Source: Stegostoma tigrinum (Eukaryota). Taken from it: a stretch of 64,000 nucleotides of DNA. Location of the stretch: the NCBI RefSeq assembly GCF_030684315.1, contig NC_081396.1:8795628-8859627 (forward strand), in the 5' to 3' direction. The translations under genes and the position numbers were made by a program. The notes below the pieces were generated by a model, which was not told the origin of the DNA, did no database searches, and saw only the letters and a program-made list of their open reading frames with translations. Positions within the stretch are counted from its first letter, which is position 1. Each line of letters starts with the position of its first letter. Of the stretch, positions 39,321 to 51,720 are shown piece by piece.

Positions 39321-39899
39321 CCTCAGTAAAGCAGTTTCCTTCCTTTTAAATGATCAGGTTCAGGTGGATGTTCTCCCCCACCCCACCCTGACAATCATCC
39401 CTGGTTTCACGTTATTTTATCCTCCTAATTCCAGACTTTTTAAAAATTCCCTATTAAATTAAGTTTCCCCACCTGCCCTGGTGAGGTTGAAACCTAGGTC
39501 CCTGGAACAGTACCTGGATTTCTGGATTCTGGGCTTGGTGATTCATAGCATCAAGGCCACTGCCTTGCCATAAATTATGTAATTTCACATTGAGCTGGTG
39601 GATCAACACTTACAGTCAAAAGAGTTGAATTTTAAAGGAGAGTTGCAGAGTTTGTAGATGTGGCAGGGTCAAAGTTAGTGGGACAATTTAAAAATGTTGG
39701 GGAACTCTGTGTGCCAGGAGAGCCACATGTAGGCCTCCAGGAGCTGAGGGTTAAGGGTATTGAAGGTTTTGGAAATGTGGATGAGCATTTTTTAAGCTGA
39801 GGTGCTGTTTACCTGGGAATGTATGTAACTTGGAGAGCAATGTGGTTTTTGGTGAGCAAGTACACATCACTCAATGAGTAGAGTGGTGTTGCATTTAAT

Positions 39900-40150
39900 C
39901 ACAGAATTCCTACAGTATGGAAACAGGTCCACACTCACCCTCAGAGCATCCCACTCAGACCCGTCTCCCTAATCTACACATCCCTGAACACTAAAGGGCA
40001 ACTTAGCATGGGAGGAAACCGGAGCACCCGGAGGAAACTCACGCAGACACGGGGAGGATGTGCAAACTCCATCCAGACAGTCGCCCGAGGCTGGAATCGA
40101 ACCCTGATCCCAGGGGGCGGAGAGGCAGCAGTGCTAACCACAGAGCCACT
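39900..40150 (-). mobile_element. HE1-type V-SINE
   Basis: Reverse complement of head and V-domain. Confidence 0.85.
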
Positions 40151-40577
40151 GTGCAACGTGAGCACAGTGGTAGTCTGTGAATGCTCGGATCACACACGCA
40201 AAGTTTTGTCATGTTAAATTCTTCTTCACTCTATGCTTCTCCCACCTCTGTCTCCTTATGGAGTTTTGCACTAACTCTGTCTGGTTCCCTTCCCAGACGG
40301 AGATCAGTAAGCCTACTGGGATTTTGTGATGAGAGCTTTAATGGCCAGTTTGTTTTTTTTTCCTGCCCAAGTGTCAGCTCCAGGCAGCACTTCTCTTACA
40401 CAACCTATCTCTGCTTTTCTGAGTTCTCTCTTCCCCCCTCCCCACGCCCCCACCTTGTGTTTTAAATCATTTTTACAGAAAGGGAGGATTTGCAGTCAGG
40501 AAGCTCCAAACCAAGCATCCCTTACAGATCGGGCAGATCTGCTTGATTTCTCATAGCCTACTGAAAGGATTTTGAAC

Positions 40578-41195
40578 ATGGAAGTAGGATGTACAGCTTG
40601 CATTCGGGAGAAATTCTGCGTTTGTTCTGCGTGTGGACAAGTCTTCCATCGTTCATCTGACTTGGCAAAGCACTGGTGCAGCCACACGGCGAGGAAACCG
40701 TGGAAGTGTGGGGAATGTGGGAAGGGATTCAATTACCCGTCCAAACTGGAAATTCACTTACGCTGTCACACCGGGGAGAGGCCGTTCACCTGCTCCGAGT
40801 GCGGAAAGGGTTTCGCTCATTATTCCAACCTGCTGTCGCACCAGCGGGTTCACACCGGCCAGAAGCCCTTCACCTGCCCCCAGTGCGGGAAGGGCTTCAC
40901 TCGGTCATCTAACTTGCTGACCCACCAGCGAATTCACACCGGCGAGAGGCCGTTCGCCTGCTCGCAGTGCGGGAAGGGCTTCACCCGGTCATCCCACCTG
41001 CAGAGGCACCAGCGAGTCAACACCGGGGAGAGGCCGTTCACCTGCTCCGAGTGCGGGAAGGCGTTCACTCAGTCGTCCGACCTCCTGACCCACCAGCGGG
41101 TCCACACCGGGGAGAGGCCGTTCTCCTGCTCCGAGTGCGGGAAGGGCTTCACTCAGTCGTCCCACCTGCTGAGGCACCAGCGGGTTCACAAGTAA
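40578..41195 (+). CDS. C2H2 zinc-finger protein D (205 aa, 7 fingers, finger 5 H->N)
   Basis: Open ORF; TTTGAACATGG start; acceptor TTTTACAG at 40478; AATAAA ~41267. Confidence 0.88.
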   Translation: MEVGCTACIREKFCVCSACGQVFHRSSDLAKHWCSHTARKPWKCGECGKGFNYPSKLEIHLRCHTGERPFTCSECGKGFAHYSNLLSHQRVHTGQKPFTCPQCGKGFTRSSNLLTHQRIHTGERPFACSQCGKGFTRSSHLQRHQRVNTGERPFTCSECGKAFTQSSDLLTHQRVHTGERPFSCSECGKGFTQSSHLLRHQRVHK

Positions 41196-42089
41196 CGACA
41201 GTCCAGGGATTTTGCAGAATCGCGCCCACGGACCGTGGTCACCAGGCTCTGCTCGTGCTGGTTGTGAATAAACGCAGCCCTCCCTTGTAGAGGTTAGCAT
41301 TGTCAATTAAAATTCTAACAGTTGTGGATCTGCAGGATGAAGTTGAGGAAATGATCCCAACTAGCTGTACATCGACATTCTGAGTTGGTAGAGACTGCAG
41401 AGTGTGGGCTGGTGAAACATCAACCCGTGGCTAACTGGTTGGATTTTGATGCAGTTGACATGCCAGCTTTCTACCGTGTTTTCTGTTTCTGGTGATGTTT
41501 ATAAACACCAGTTTGGTTATACGTTTGGGGGAAAATCAAATAAATAGGCTTTCTGTTAAATGTTTCGATTCTTTCATATCTCTCAGACAGGTTAGTTTCT
41601 TATGAGGACCCCCCTCTCTCTCTCTCGCTCCTAACCAGTCTCCTCCATGATCGACTCATGCTCTCAATTAGCAGGAGAACTCCAATTGAAAGACTGCTAT
41701 TTCTGTGTTTCCCGACTATTAACTCCCAAGTCTCATTCACCAAAGAGTCACCATTCACTTTTAGCTGCGCTCTTTGCTTTTATATATTTCATAGAAGCTT
41801 TTGCTATCTTTTTTAATGCTAGTTTTCATTCATAATCCATCTCTGCTTTTTTTAAAAGTAACCCTTTGTTGATCTCTCGAAGTTTCCTAGCTTGGCACTT
41901 GCCTTTGCCATATTGTACACCTTAGTTGCTTCTTTCATATTTTGTTTGACTTTCTTGCTTAGCTATTGAATTTTTCCCTCCCTGTCTCAATCTTTCATCC
42001 TTTCTGAAATATAATTTTAGTTGTGAGCAGTTGAGTAACTCCCTAAATAGCTACCGCTGCTCCTTGACCATCCTGTAGGAGGGACATAA

Positions 42090-43975
42090 GTGCAAGAGGT
42101 GATTTAACCAGGATGTCACCCGGGCTGGAGAGTTTCAGTTGTGAAGAGGTATTGGACAGACTGAGTTTGTACTCCTTTTGGAGCAGCGGTGGGGGGCATT
42201 ATCAAGATGCACAAAGTTGAGGGAAACATAAGGTAGAAAAGAAGAAATATTTGCCTTTAGAGGGATCAGTGACCATGGGTCATACCTGAAGGTGACCAGC
42301 AGAAGATGTGAGGAAGAGGTTTTTCTAGAAGGTGTTGGGAATCTCGAACTCACTGTATAAGTGTGTCGGAAACCTTCATAACGTTTTAAAAAGCATCTTG
42401 AAGTGAACTTGTGACACCAAGGAAAACCGTTGCTGTGGGCTAAGTGCCAGAAAATGAGATTAGAATAGTTAGCTGGGGCTTTTTGACTGGTGCTGGCAAG
42501 TTGGGATAAAAGGCCTTTTTCGATGCTGTAAAGCAGTATGAATCCTCCAACTCAGTTCACTGGAGAAAGTCTGTTAGGTGACACCTTGAGTGGATGAAGC
42601 AGAGGAAGAGCCCGTTGTAAGAAACTTTCAAATCATTCCCAACCCTGACAAGTTCCCATGATCAGTCTCCATTTCATTGTGGTCAATGGAAGGTGAGAGT
42701 GCGCAATTCTAGACCTTTGGAAAAGACTAGTGAGATCACATCTAAAGGAGTGAGTACAGTTCCAGCCACCCACTTCATTACAGGAGGCGAGGGTCCATAG
42801 GAGTTCTATATGGACGTTGTCAAAACTGCAGCAAGTTAACTTTCTATGAGGCAAATTTGCATAGACTGAGGGGGGGATGTAAATGAGGTGTGTAAAATTT
42901 ATGAGGGACCTGGAGAGAGCAGATAGCTATTGATGTCTCTGCTCATTAAAATACATCCTTGCTAAGGAACAAAAATTGCTGGAAGAGCTCAGCAAATCTG
43001 GGAGCATCTGAGACAGAAATCAGAGTTAATGTTTCTGATCAAAAGATCCTCCCCCATTTCTGAAGACGGGTCCAGGCCTGAAACATCAGCCTTCTTACTC
43101 CTCTGATGCTGTTTGGCCTGCTATGTTCATCCAACTCCTCACCTTGTTATCTCAGATTCTACAGCATCTGCAGTTCCTACTATCTCCCTCAGAAGAGAAT
43201 TGGTTTAGATTTATATTACAAACTAGCTAAGGAGCAGGAACACTTTTTTTAAAAAAGATTGACAAGGTATGAGATCCCAGTTCCTTACTAAGAGAATAAA
43301 CCCAGAAGATTCCACGTTTTGAATCACTGATTGGAAATTTTACTATAGAATGTTTGAACAGTAACACAACTTACTGTGTGTGCAACTCAAGTGCTAATAT
43401 CCTGAACGAACAAAATTATCTGCTTTTTTCATTTATGGGATGGGGGTGCCACCATTTATTGCCAGTTCCTAATTCCCCATCGGGGAGTTAACAGTTAAAC
43501 CTGTTGTTGTGGGTCTAGAGTCATATTTAGGTCACACCAGGTTAGGATGGCTTATTTCCTCTCTCGAAGATATTTGAACCAAATTTGGTTTGGTTTCACT
43601 GGACCGTCAGAGACTGAGGGGGTGACCTGATAAAAGTTTACAAATTATGACAGGTATGGATAGGAGGGATAGTCTGAGTCATTTCCTCAGGATAGAACAC
43701 CTGAGACATTGGTTTAAGGTAAAAAGGGGTAAGTTTTTGAAGGAGATGTGAGAGGCAAGTTTCTTTAGAGAAGGGGTAAGTTCCTGGAATGCTCTGCCAG
43801 AGGAAGTGGCAGAAGCATATACAACAGCAACTTTTTTGAGAGGCATCTTGACTGGTGCACGAATAGAGCTGCATAGCCTACAGAGGCAAAAGGTCTTCAG
43901 TTTACGGAGGTGTTGTATGTGCACAGCCTTAGTGGGGTGAAAAGACTTGTTCCTGTGTTGTACTGTTCTTTGTTC
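42090..43975 (+). mobile_element. Degenerate CR1 3' fragments (42090-42540, 43600-43975) and PLE terminus (42970-43185)
   Basis: RFNQDVTRAG/RGDLIKVYKIM-like remnants; CTGAAGACGGGTCCAGGCCTGAAAC. Confidence 0.6.
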
Positions 43976-44809
43976 AGATGAGTTTTTACAACAATCGACG
44001 GGTTACACAATTGCCTTATTCCACTTGTTTAATTCTGTGAACTAAAATTGCATCATTTGCTAGCCAGAGATTCAACCATATGTTGCCAGCATTAGCCTGT
44101 GATTCTGAATTACTGATCCATCAACATTCCCATAATACCACCTTTACCTATGAGTAACAAACTGAGATAAAGCATCCCAGAGAACATATCAGAGGACAAA
44201 TGGAATCTTATCAAATTCCCCCGTTGTCTGTGACACAATGAATGATCAAATGTCATTAAACCAGATAAGTTGACCTCGAGCCGCAAACTACAATGACAAA
44301 CACTCCTGTGAATCCCCGCCAAGCCAGACCAACCACACCCCCAAGCACTGCGAGTTTTCATGAAGACACTCACCATCACCTTCGCAAGGGAGATTGGTTA
44401 TGGGCAATAAATGCTGGTCTAGATGGTGATATCCACATCTCGCGGATGAATAAAGAAAAGCAAGTGACCAGACACTGTGGCAAAGGGGAGGTTTTGAGGG
44501 AGCCTCTGAAGGGAGAGGTGGAGATGGTGAGGGAGGACACCCAGAGCTTAGCATCCAGGCAGTGCTGGTGGAGTGAGGAATGTCAGGCGCCTGCATGAGT
44601 CTGAAAGTGGAGCAGAAACATCCCAGGTAGATGTTGAACTGGATGTTGCTACAGAAATAGGGAGCAGAAAGACTATGGAAGAATTTGAAAACTATATCTT
44701 TGCCAGACCCAGGACCCGTGTAGGCCTGTGAATACAGGTGTAATAATGAATAGTATTAGCTGTGAGTAGATGGTAGGCACCAGTGCCCTGGATTTGAAGT
44801 GAGTAATAT

Positions 44810-45100
44810 TGATATATTTATTGTCACACGTACTGAAATAAGTGAAAAGTTTTGTTTACAAGCGGTACAGGCAGATCATAGTAAACAAAAGATCAAAAGG
44901 ACTTGGACAGAGGCATATAGGTTACATTGCACAGGGTGCGCACTAGACGAGATCAACATTAGCAAGATCAGCGTTATTTGAGGCCAGTGTTACCTGTCAG
45001 GGAAGGCATGAGCGCGCTGCTGGCATTCTGCTCAAACTGAGCATAGAAAGCATCGAGCGTGTCAGGGAGGGATGTGCCTTTTAATACGAAGGGGAGCAAG
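44810..45100 (-). mobile_element. Rex1/Babar-like LINE fragment
   Basis: SLPDTLDAFYAQFEQN motif plus Rex1-type tail. Confidence 0.6.
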
Positions 45101-45329
45101 GAGAGTGTTTGAATAGTCGGATCTAGAGGGAGAAAAAGAATGAATGACATTTCAATGACAAAGAGGCTGCTGGGAGATGTAAGCAGCATTGGTGACAGAG
45201 CAGTTATGGGTCGGAAAAGCGAGCTGAGTCAATCGACATTAAAGTGAGGTAACAGTTTGGATTTCTGAAGAAAGGTCTAGGCCCAAAATGTCAGCTGTCC
45301 TGCTCCTCTGATGCTGCTTGGCCTGCATC

Positions 45330-47660
45330 TATCTAATGAACTGCTTCCTGTGATAGAGAATTGCACAGGTTCACAACTCTCTTGGTGAAGAAGTTCTTCT
45401 TCATGGCAATTTAGGAAAAGGTGAGGTGCAATGAGACCTGGGTATCATGGTGGAACAGTCACTGAAGGTTGGCATGCAGTGTGGAAAGCTAATGGCATGC
45501 TGACCTTCATAGCAAGAGGATTTGAGTTTCATCATTGCCTGCCACTCTGAAAAGGGTCTAGGCCCGAAACGTTACCCTTCCTGCTCCTCTGATGCTGCTT
45601 GGCCTGCTGTGTTCATCCAGCTCCACACCTTGTTATCCCATTTATTCCACCTCCCTGCTTCCTGTCTGCCAACTGATATTTCTATCCAGTCAATACATTA
45701 TTTATTTTACCATGAACTTTAACTTTGCTTACTAATTTCATGTGTGGGACCTTGTCAATCGCCTTTTGTCCAGATACACAACATCTACAGATTCACCCTT
45801 ATCCATTCCACTGGTCACATCCTCAAAAAATTCTAGATTTGCCAAGCGTGATTTCCCTTTAGTGAATCTATACTGACTTGAACTGATCCTGTAACCTCTT
45901 TTCAAATCCTTAATAATTTTCTCTAGCATTCTCCCCACCACCTGTCTGGTTAACTCGCCTTTAATTCCCCATTTCCTCTCTCTCTCCTTTTCTTTAAACA
46001 CAGGGTTATATTAGCTAACCTACAGTCCATCGGAATCCTTCCAGAGTCTATAGAATGCTGGAAAATTATCAGCAATGCACCCACTATTAGTAAGGTCACT
46101 TCCATAAGTACTCTAGAATGCAGACCGTCAGGCACTAGGGACTTTCCAGATTTTAATCCCATCAATTTCCCCAATACCATTTCCTGACTGATAAGGATTT
46201 CCTTCAGTTCCTCCTTCATGTTTGACCCTCTGTCCCCTGCCATTTCTGCAAGATTATTTGTGTCCTCCTTGGTAAAGACAGATCCAAAGTATTTGTTCAA
46301 TTGCTCTGCCATCTCTCTGTTGTCCATTATTAATTCACCTGATTCTGACTATAATGGATCTATATTTGTCTTCACCAGTCTTTTTGTTTTCACATATCTA
46401 TAGAAGCTTCTGCAGTCAATTTCTATGTTTTCTGTGAGTTTACTCTTGTATTCTATTTTCCCCTTCCAGATTAAACCCTTTGTTCTCCTCTGTTGAATTT
46501 TAAATTTCTTCCCCGTTCTCAGTTTTTCTGCTTTTTCCGGCCAATTTATCTACCTCCTCTTTGGCTTCAGCACCATCTGGGATTTCCCTCATTAGCCATG
46601 GTTGATCCACCTTCCCTGTTGTACTTTTACACCAGACAGACACATATAATTATTGAAGTTCAGCCATGTGTTCTTTAAATGTCTGCCATTGCCTATCCAC
46701 TATCAATCTCTTAAGTATACTTAACCAGCTTATCTCAATCAAAACGTACCTCATAACATCAAAGTTAGCTTTCTTTAAGTTCGGGGCCCTAGTCTCAGAT
46801 TTAACTGTGTCTATTCTATCTTAATGAAAAATTCTACCATATTATGGTCACTCTTCCCCAAAGGATCTCACACCACCAGGTTGCTCATTAATCCTCTTTC
46901 ATTATACAACACCCAGTCTAGGATGGCCAGCTCTGTAGTTAGTTCCTCAACATGTTGGTTGAGGAAACTATCCCTCATATATTATAGGAAATCCTCCTCC
47001 ATCGCATTGCTATCAGTTTGATTAGTCCAATCAACGTGCAAGTTGAAGTCACCCGTAATAACTGCTGTACCCTTACTGCATGTATCTCTAATTTCCTCTT
47101 TGATGCCATCCCCAACCTCTCAACTACTGCTTCGTGATCTGTGCAGGACTCCCACTAACTTTTTTTCCCCCCATTGGCGTTCTGCAGCTCCACCCATACA
47201 GATTCCACATGGCCTACGCCAACGTCCTCCCTTACTATTGTGGTAATCTCCTCCTGAACCAGCAATGCTAGCCCACGTCCCTTTCCTTTCTGTCTATCTT
47301 TACTGAAAATTAAATGCCTCTGGATGTTCAGTTCCCATCCTTGGTCACCTTGGAACCAGGTCTCCGTGATCCCAATTACATCACATCCATTAATAACTGT
47401 CTATGCAGTTAATTCATCCACTTTATTATAAATGCTCCTCTCATTGAGACACAGAGCCTTCAGGCTCATTTTTTTTTTACATTTGTTGCTCTTTTTGAAT
47501 TATGCTGTAATATGGCCCTTTTTTGATTTTTGTTTTGGGTTTCCTGGCCTTCCACTTTTCCCTTCACTGCCTTTTGTTTCTGTACCCACTTTACTTCACT
47601 CCAAATTCCTGCATTGGTCCCTATCTTCCCTGCTGTATCAGTTTAAACCCTCCCCAAAAG
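45330..47660 (-). mobile_element. Degenerate CR1 LINE (EN-RT) with PLE termini at ~45265 and ~45547
   Basis: MAEQLNKYFGSVFTKED, KGKSRLANLEFFEDVT. Confidence 0.8.
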
Positions 47661-49215
47661 CACTAGCAAACACTTCCTCCAGAATACTGGTTCTGGTGAA
47701 TGCTTTCTGTCCAGCGAGTGCTCCGCTAGTTTACCAACCTTTAGCGTATCTAAAACCCTCCACACAGTGAGAACAATGAAACGGTCTCTTATGATTTGAA
47801 CATTATGTGCAGTGAGGCTGGATACACAAATGAATTTAGTCCGACATTTGGAATGGCATCTCCTCGATGTGAACTGCAGTTTGTAGAGACTGAATTTCTT
47901 GCTGAGAACAGGGTCTGAGATTTGCAATATCATACAATTACGAAGCGGCTTTATTAAGAGAGAGCCAGAGGAAACTTTTAGACTAAAGGTCAAATTCAGG
48001 CAGTGAATTACAGAACAATACCTGGTGTAAACATCCAGTGTTAGATCAGGACAGCAGGGTGAAATTGTTTCCTTGTACGTTTAATTTAGTTTCCAGCATT
48101 CTTGCTTTTTATTTTCCTTTTTCCTTTGTCTTCCTTCCCTTGTTATTTTCCCCACTGCACCAAACATTTTGAGACGACTGTTTTAGAACTGACCACGCAC
48201 ACCTCACGATACATTTAGGCAGCTGTTGTCCAATCACAGGTCTGTTTAACCTAAATAGCATTCAACTGTTCATTAGCGGACATATATTCCTCGGTGATTA
48301 CAAATACCATCTGCACATCCACTGCTTCACTGTTCTGAACAAGTGCAAAGTGATTCACAGCATGGCATCACCTCCAGATTCTAGCCTCTAGATCAACTCT
48401 CAAACAAGTAACGATCACAGTTCCAACAAACTATACTAACACACGAAAACATTGTTCTTACAAACTGTAGATACAGTCACCATAGCTCCAAAGGACCATA
48501 GGGCTACTCTCTTATTAGAGAGAGACATAACGGTTGGTGGTTAAGCTTAGAGTCACCTCAGGGGAAGACGATTCTTTTGTGGTGACCTCAACCAGGATGG
48601 GAATTGAAAGTGACCATATTCACAGACTGGGAGAACTGAATAAATCAGATTTCACACATAGAACAGATTTTACGCCTTCTCTTCACTTTGAATATATTGT
48701 CAGTGCATAGTGTGTGTTATCAGACAGGTTTTGCTCTTCGCTTCAATGACAGACATCACTTCTGCTGAGCAGATCAAGTCTTTATTCTGCTTTTACTTCA
48801 CCAAATGTTGCTGCTGCTGTGTCATGAATTATTGAACTCAGCAACTTCCAAACTTCATGCATGTCAATGTTGATTGATGAAGCTTTTTAGTGTTCTGTCT
48901 GTAAAATAGTTTCATTTTTCCCTCAATAATTTTATTTCACAAAGAAAGTGCCAGTGTAAGAACGTAACAAACCAGCAAAGATTAAACACCATTCTCACAC
49001 TGGAGGTAGTCATTAGTGGAATCTATCAGCGTATGAATCGCAGAAAGTGCAAAGGTCAAAATAGGAGAGAAGTAAAAGTTCATCATTTTATTGTAATTGA
49101 GTTTCTGCTAAGAGTTATTGAATAAAAAGGAAAGATCACACATATCACTTTGACGAAGAGACACTGCAGTCCCAAAAATCAGCATCGTACCCAGAAAAAT
49201 GAAACGCCAGCCATT

Positions 49216-50301
49216 TTATGTATTCTGCTCTGTGTGAATCCTGTGGTGTGACTGGAGGCCGAATAACCGAGCAAATCCCTTCCCACACACGGGGCAAGTG
49301 AATGGTCTATCCCCTGTGTGAACCCGCTGGTGTCTCACCAGGTCAAAGGACTGACTGAACCTCTTCGCACAGACGGAGCAAACAAACGGCTTCTCGCCAG
49401 TGTGAATTCTCCGGTGTGCTGAGAGGGTGGAAGAACTGTTGAACCTTTTCTCACAGTAAGCGCAATGGAAGGGTTTCTCCCCCGTATGGATTCGCTGGTG
49501 TACTGAGAGAGTGGAAGAATGCTTGAACTGCTTTCCACAAGACGTGCAGCTGAACGGGCACTCCTTGGTATGATTTCGCTGGTGTGACAGGAGGTGAGAG
49601 GACTGGGTGAATGTCTTCCCACACACAGAGCAGGTGAAAGGCCTCTCCCCCGTGTGAATTCGTTGGTGCATCAGTAAGTACCGTGACTGAGCGAAACCCT
49701 TCCCACACACGGTGCAGGTGTATGGCCTCTCCCCAGTGTGAGTGCGTCGGTGTGCACTGAGTGTTGAGGAATGCTTGAACCTCTTTCCACAGGAAGTGCA
49801 GCCGAAGAGCTTCTCCTCAGACCCGTGAACCCGGTGATGTGACTGGAGGCTGCACAGCCGAGCGAATCCCTTCCCACATATGGAGCAGGTGAATGGACGC
49901 TCCCCGGTGTGAACTCTCTGGTGCCTCACCAAAATGAATGACTGGGTGAACCCCTTCCCACACACTGAGCAGGTGAACGGTCTCTCGCCTGTGTGGATGC
50001 GCTGGTGGGCAGTGAGGGTGGAAGAATACTTGAACCTCTTCTCACAGTGAGTGCAGCAGTAGGGCCTCTCCTCAGTGTGAATTCGCTGGTGTGACATCAG
50101 GGACACTGTCTGAGTAAATCCCTTTCCACACATGGAACAGATGTAGGGCTTCTCCCCAGTGTGACTACGACGATGGTTTTCCAGTCGGCATGAATAATTG
50201 AATCCTTTACCACAATCCTCACATTTCCACTGTTTTCTCATGGTGTCAATATCCTTGTGACTATCCAGCTTGTACAACCAGTTAAAGATTCTTCCGCACA
50301 T
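49216..50301 (-). CDS. C2H2 zinc-finger protein E (up to 361 aa, 12 intact fingers)
   Basis: Open ORF; acceptor CTCCTTTTCCAG at 50564; start could instead be the Kozak-like ACCATG at ~50241. Confidence 0.9.
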   Translation of the reverse strand: MCGRIFNWLYKLDSHKDIDTMRKQWKCEDCGKGFNYSCRLENHRRSHTGEKPYICSMCGKGFTQTVSLMSHQRIHTEERPYCCTHCEKRFKYSSTLTAHQRIHTGERPFTCSVCGKGFTQSFILVRHQRVHTGERPFTCSICGKGFARLCSLQSHHRVHGSEEKLFGCTSCGKRFKHSSTLSAHRRTHTGERPYTCTVCGKGFAQSRYLLMHQRIHTGERPFTCSVCGKTFTQSSHLLSHQRNHTKECPFSCTSCGKQFKHSSTLSVHQRIHTGEKPFHCAYCEKRFNSSSTLSAHRRIHTGEKPFVCSVCAKRFSQSFDLVRHQRVHTGDRPFTCPVCGKGFARLFGLQSHHRIHTEQNT

Positions 50302-51049
50302 ACAATGTTAAAGATGCAACATGCTTCCTCGTTCCAGTCAGTTCAATGAAACACTTTCAGTCTGTGTAACTGGTGAAAGCTCTTCTAAGTCAAGTTTGTT
50401 TCAATGTTGCCACAGTTCTCTCGAAGATAGCGTAGTCAAATAATTCTCTAACTACAGGCAAAGTCTGATGACGTTCAGATCCTAAGAATTGAGTGACTTT
50501 GTCAAGCCTCGTCATGACGTTGGGTTTCAGCTTCCGATCTGTAAATTCTCTCCTTCTAATATCCTGGAAAAGGAGTTCACAAGAATCTTATCAATGATAA
50601 CATCACAATAAGGCAGGCCAGACAATTCTGAACAATTTTCCTCTCTTGTTCCCCAGAGTTTTAAATCCACAAGCCAAACCCTCCCTCACTCCTCTGCTGA
50701 AATGTAAACCCTTTGTAGCTGGAGGATCCGTGGTAACAAGGTGTAGAGCTGGATGAACACAGTAGGCCAAACCTACCCCAGTTGACAGCCTCCCGCTCCC
50801 AGACCTGCAAAGGACCTCTCCTGTATTTTTTTCATTCTTCGTAGGATCCACAACCTGCCATTTCTGAAGGGCCTAGGCTCGAAACGTCAGCCTTCCTGCT
50901 CCTATGATGCTGCTTGGCCTGCTGTGTTCTTTCACTTGTTACCTTTGTAGCATGTCCCAGTTCCGATTTTTCTCCCTCCCAGTGCTCTGGCTGGTTTTAG
51001 TTCTCCATGCCTTGCGCACAGAACGTCATTCAATCGTTGTGTCTTGGCT

Positions 51050-51720
51050 CAGGAACTTTTTGGGTGTCCTGCCGACCCAGGATCGTGGGGCGTTACCCCG
51101 AGCCTCCACGGTGCAAGAAGTCTCGGGTGTATCCGCCGTCTGGAATCCCATACCGTTTGGGGGTCTACGGAGGGTTGTTATGAAACCTCCCCGCCCAACC
51201 CAGCTTCCGGCTCCATCCCTTTCCTCCCTCTTGGTGAGATCTCCCTTGCTCCTCGCGGCCGCTTTCCTCCGGGTCCAGCGCCCGCTGCAAGTCACAACTA
51301 GGGACCCGCGTGATTGACGGCGGCTCCCAACCAACAGGAGGGAGTGGGCGGGCCTGGAGGGCCAGTCGGTAGCTAGTCCTCCAGCCAATAGAAATGAAGA
51401 TGGGTGGGACTAGGGTCTTGCCGCCCTGACTGATGTGTGGCCGAATGAAAGGAGAAAAGTAAAAGGGGAGGGTTACAGCCGATAGCGGGAGTGGAATTAA
51501 GCCACGTGCACAAACTGTTGGCCTCCAGGCCAGAATTAGAAACTCCTGGTCCTGCCTTTGCAGCAAACGGGAGAACAGCTGTGGGCTTCAGGCGACAAAG
51601 GGCCTGGGTTCCCGCCGCCATGTTTATTGGGGGCAATATTACATGGACGCAGACGTAGCCGCCATCTTTATTCGGAGCAAGATGCGGCAGGGCGCGTGCG
51701 CAATCTTTGGCAGTGGGTTC
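51050..51720. promoter_or_regulatory. CpG-island bidirectional promoter (ZNF-E minus; ZNF pseudogene F plus)
   Basis: CpG-rich; CCAAT+GC module 51325-51415; two GCCGCCAT.TTTATT.GG.GCAA composites 51614-51680. Confidence 0.7.

Noticed and set aside
2193-49877. Antisense and alternate-frame ORFs overlapping the ZNF genes (e.g. 2499-2885, 5408-5653, 40989-41306)
   Set aside because: Expected by-products of repetitive finger codons; no independent signal
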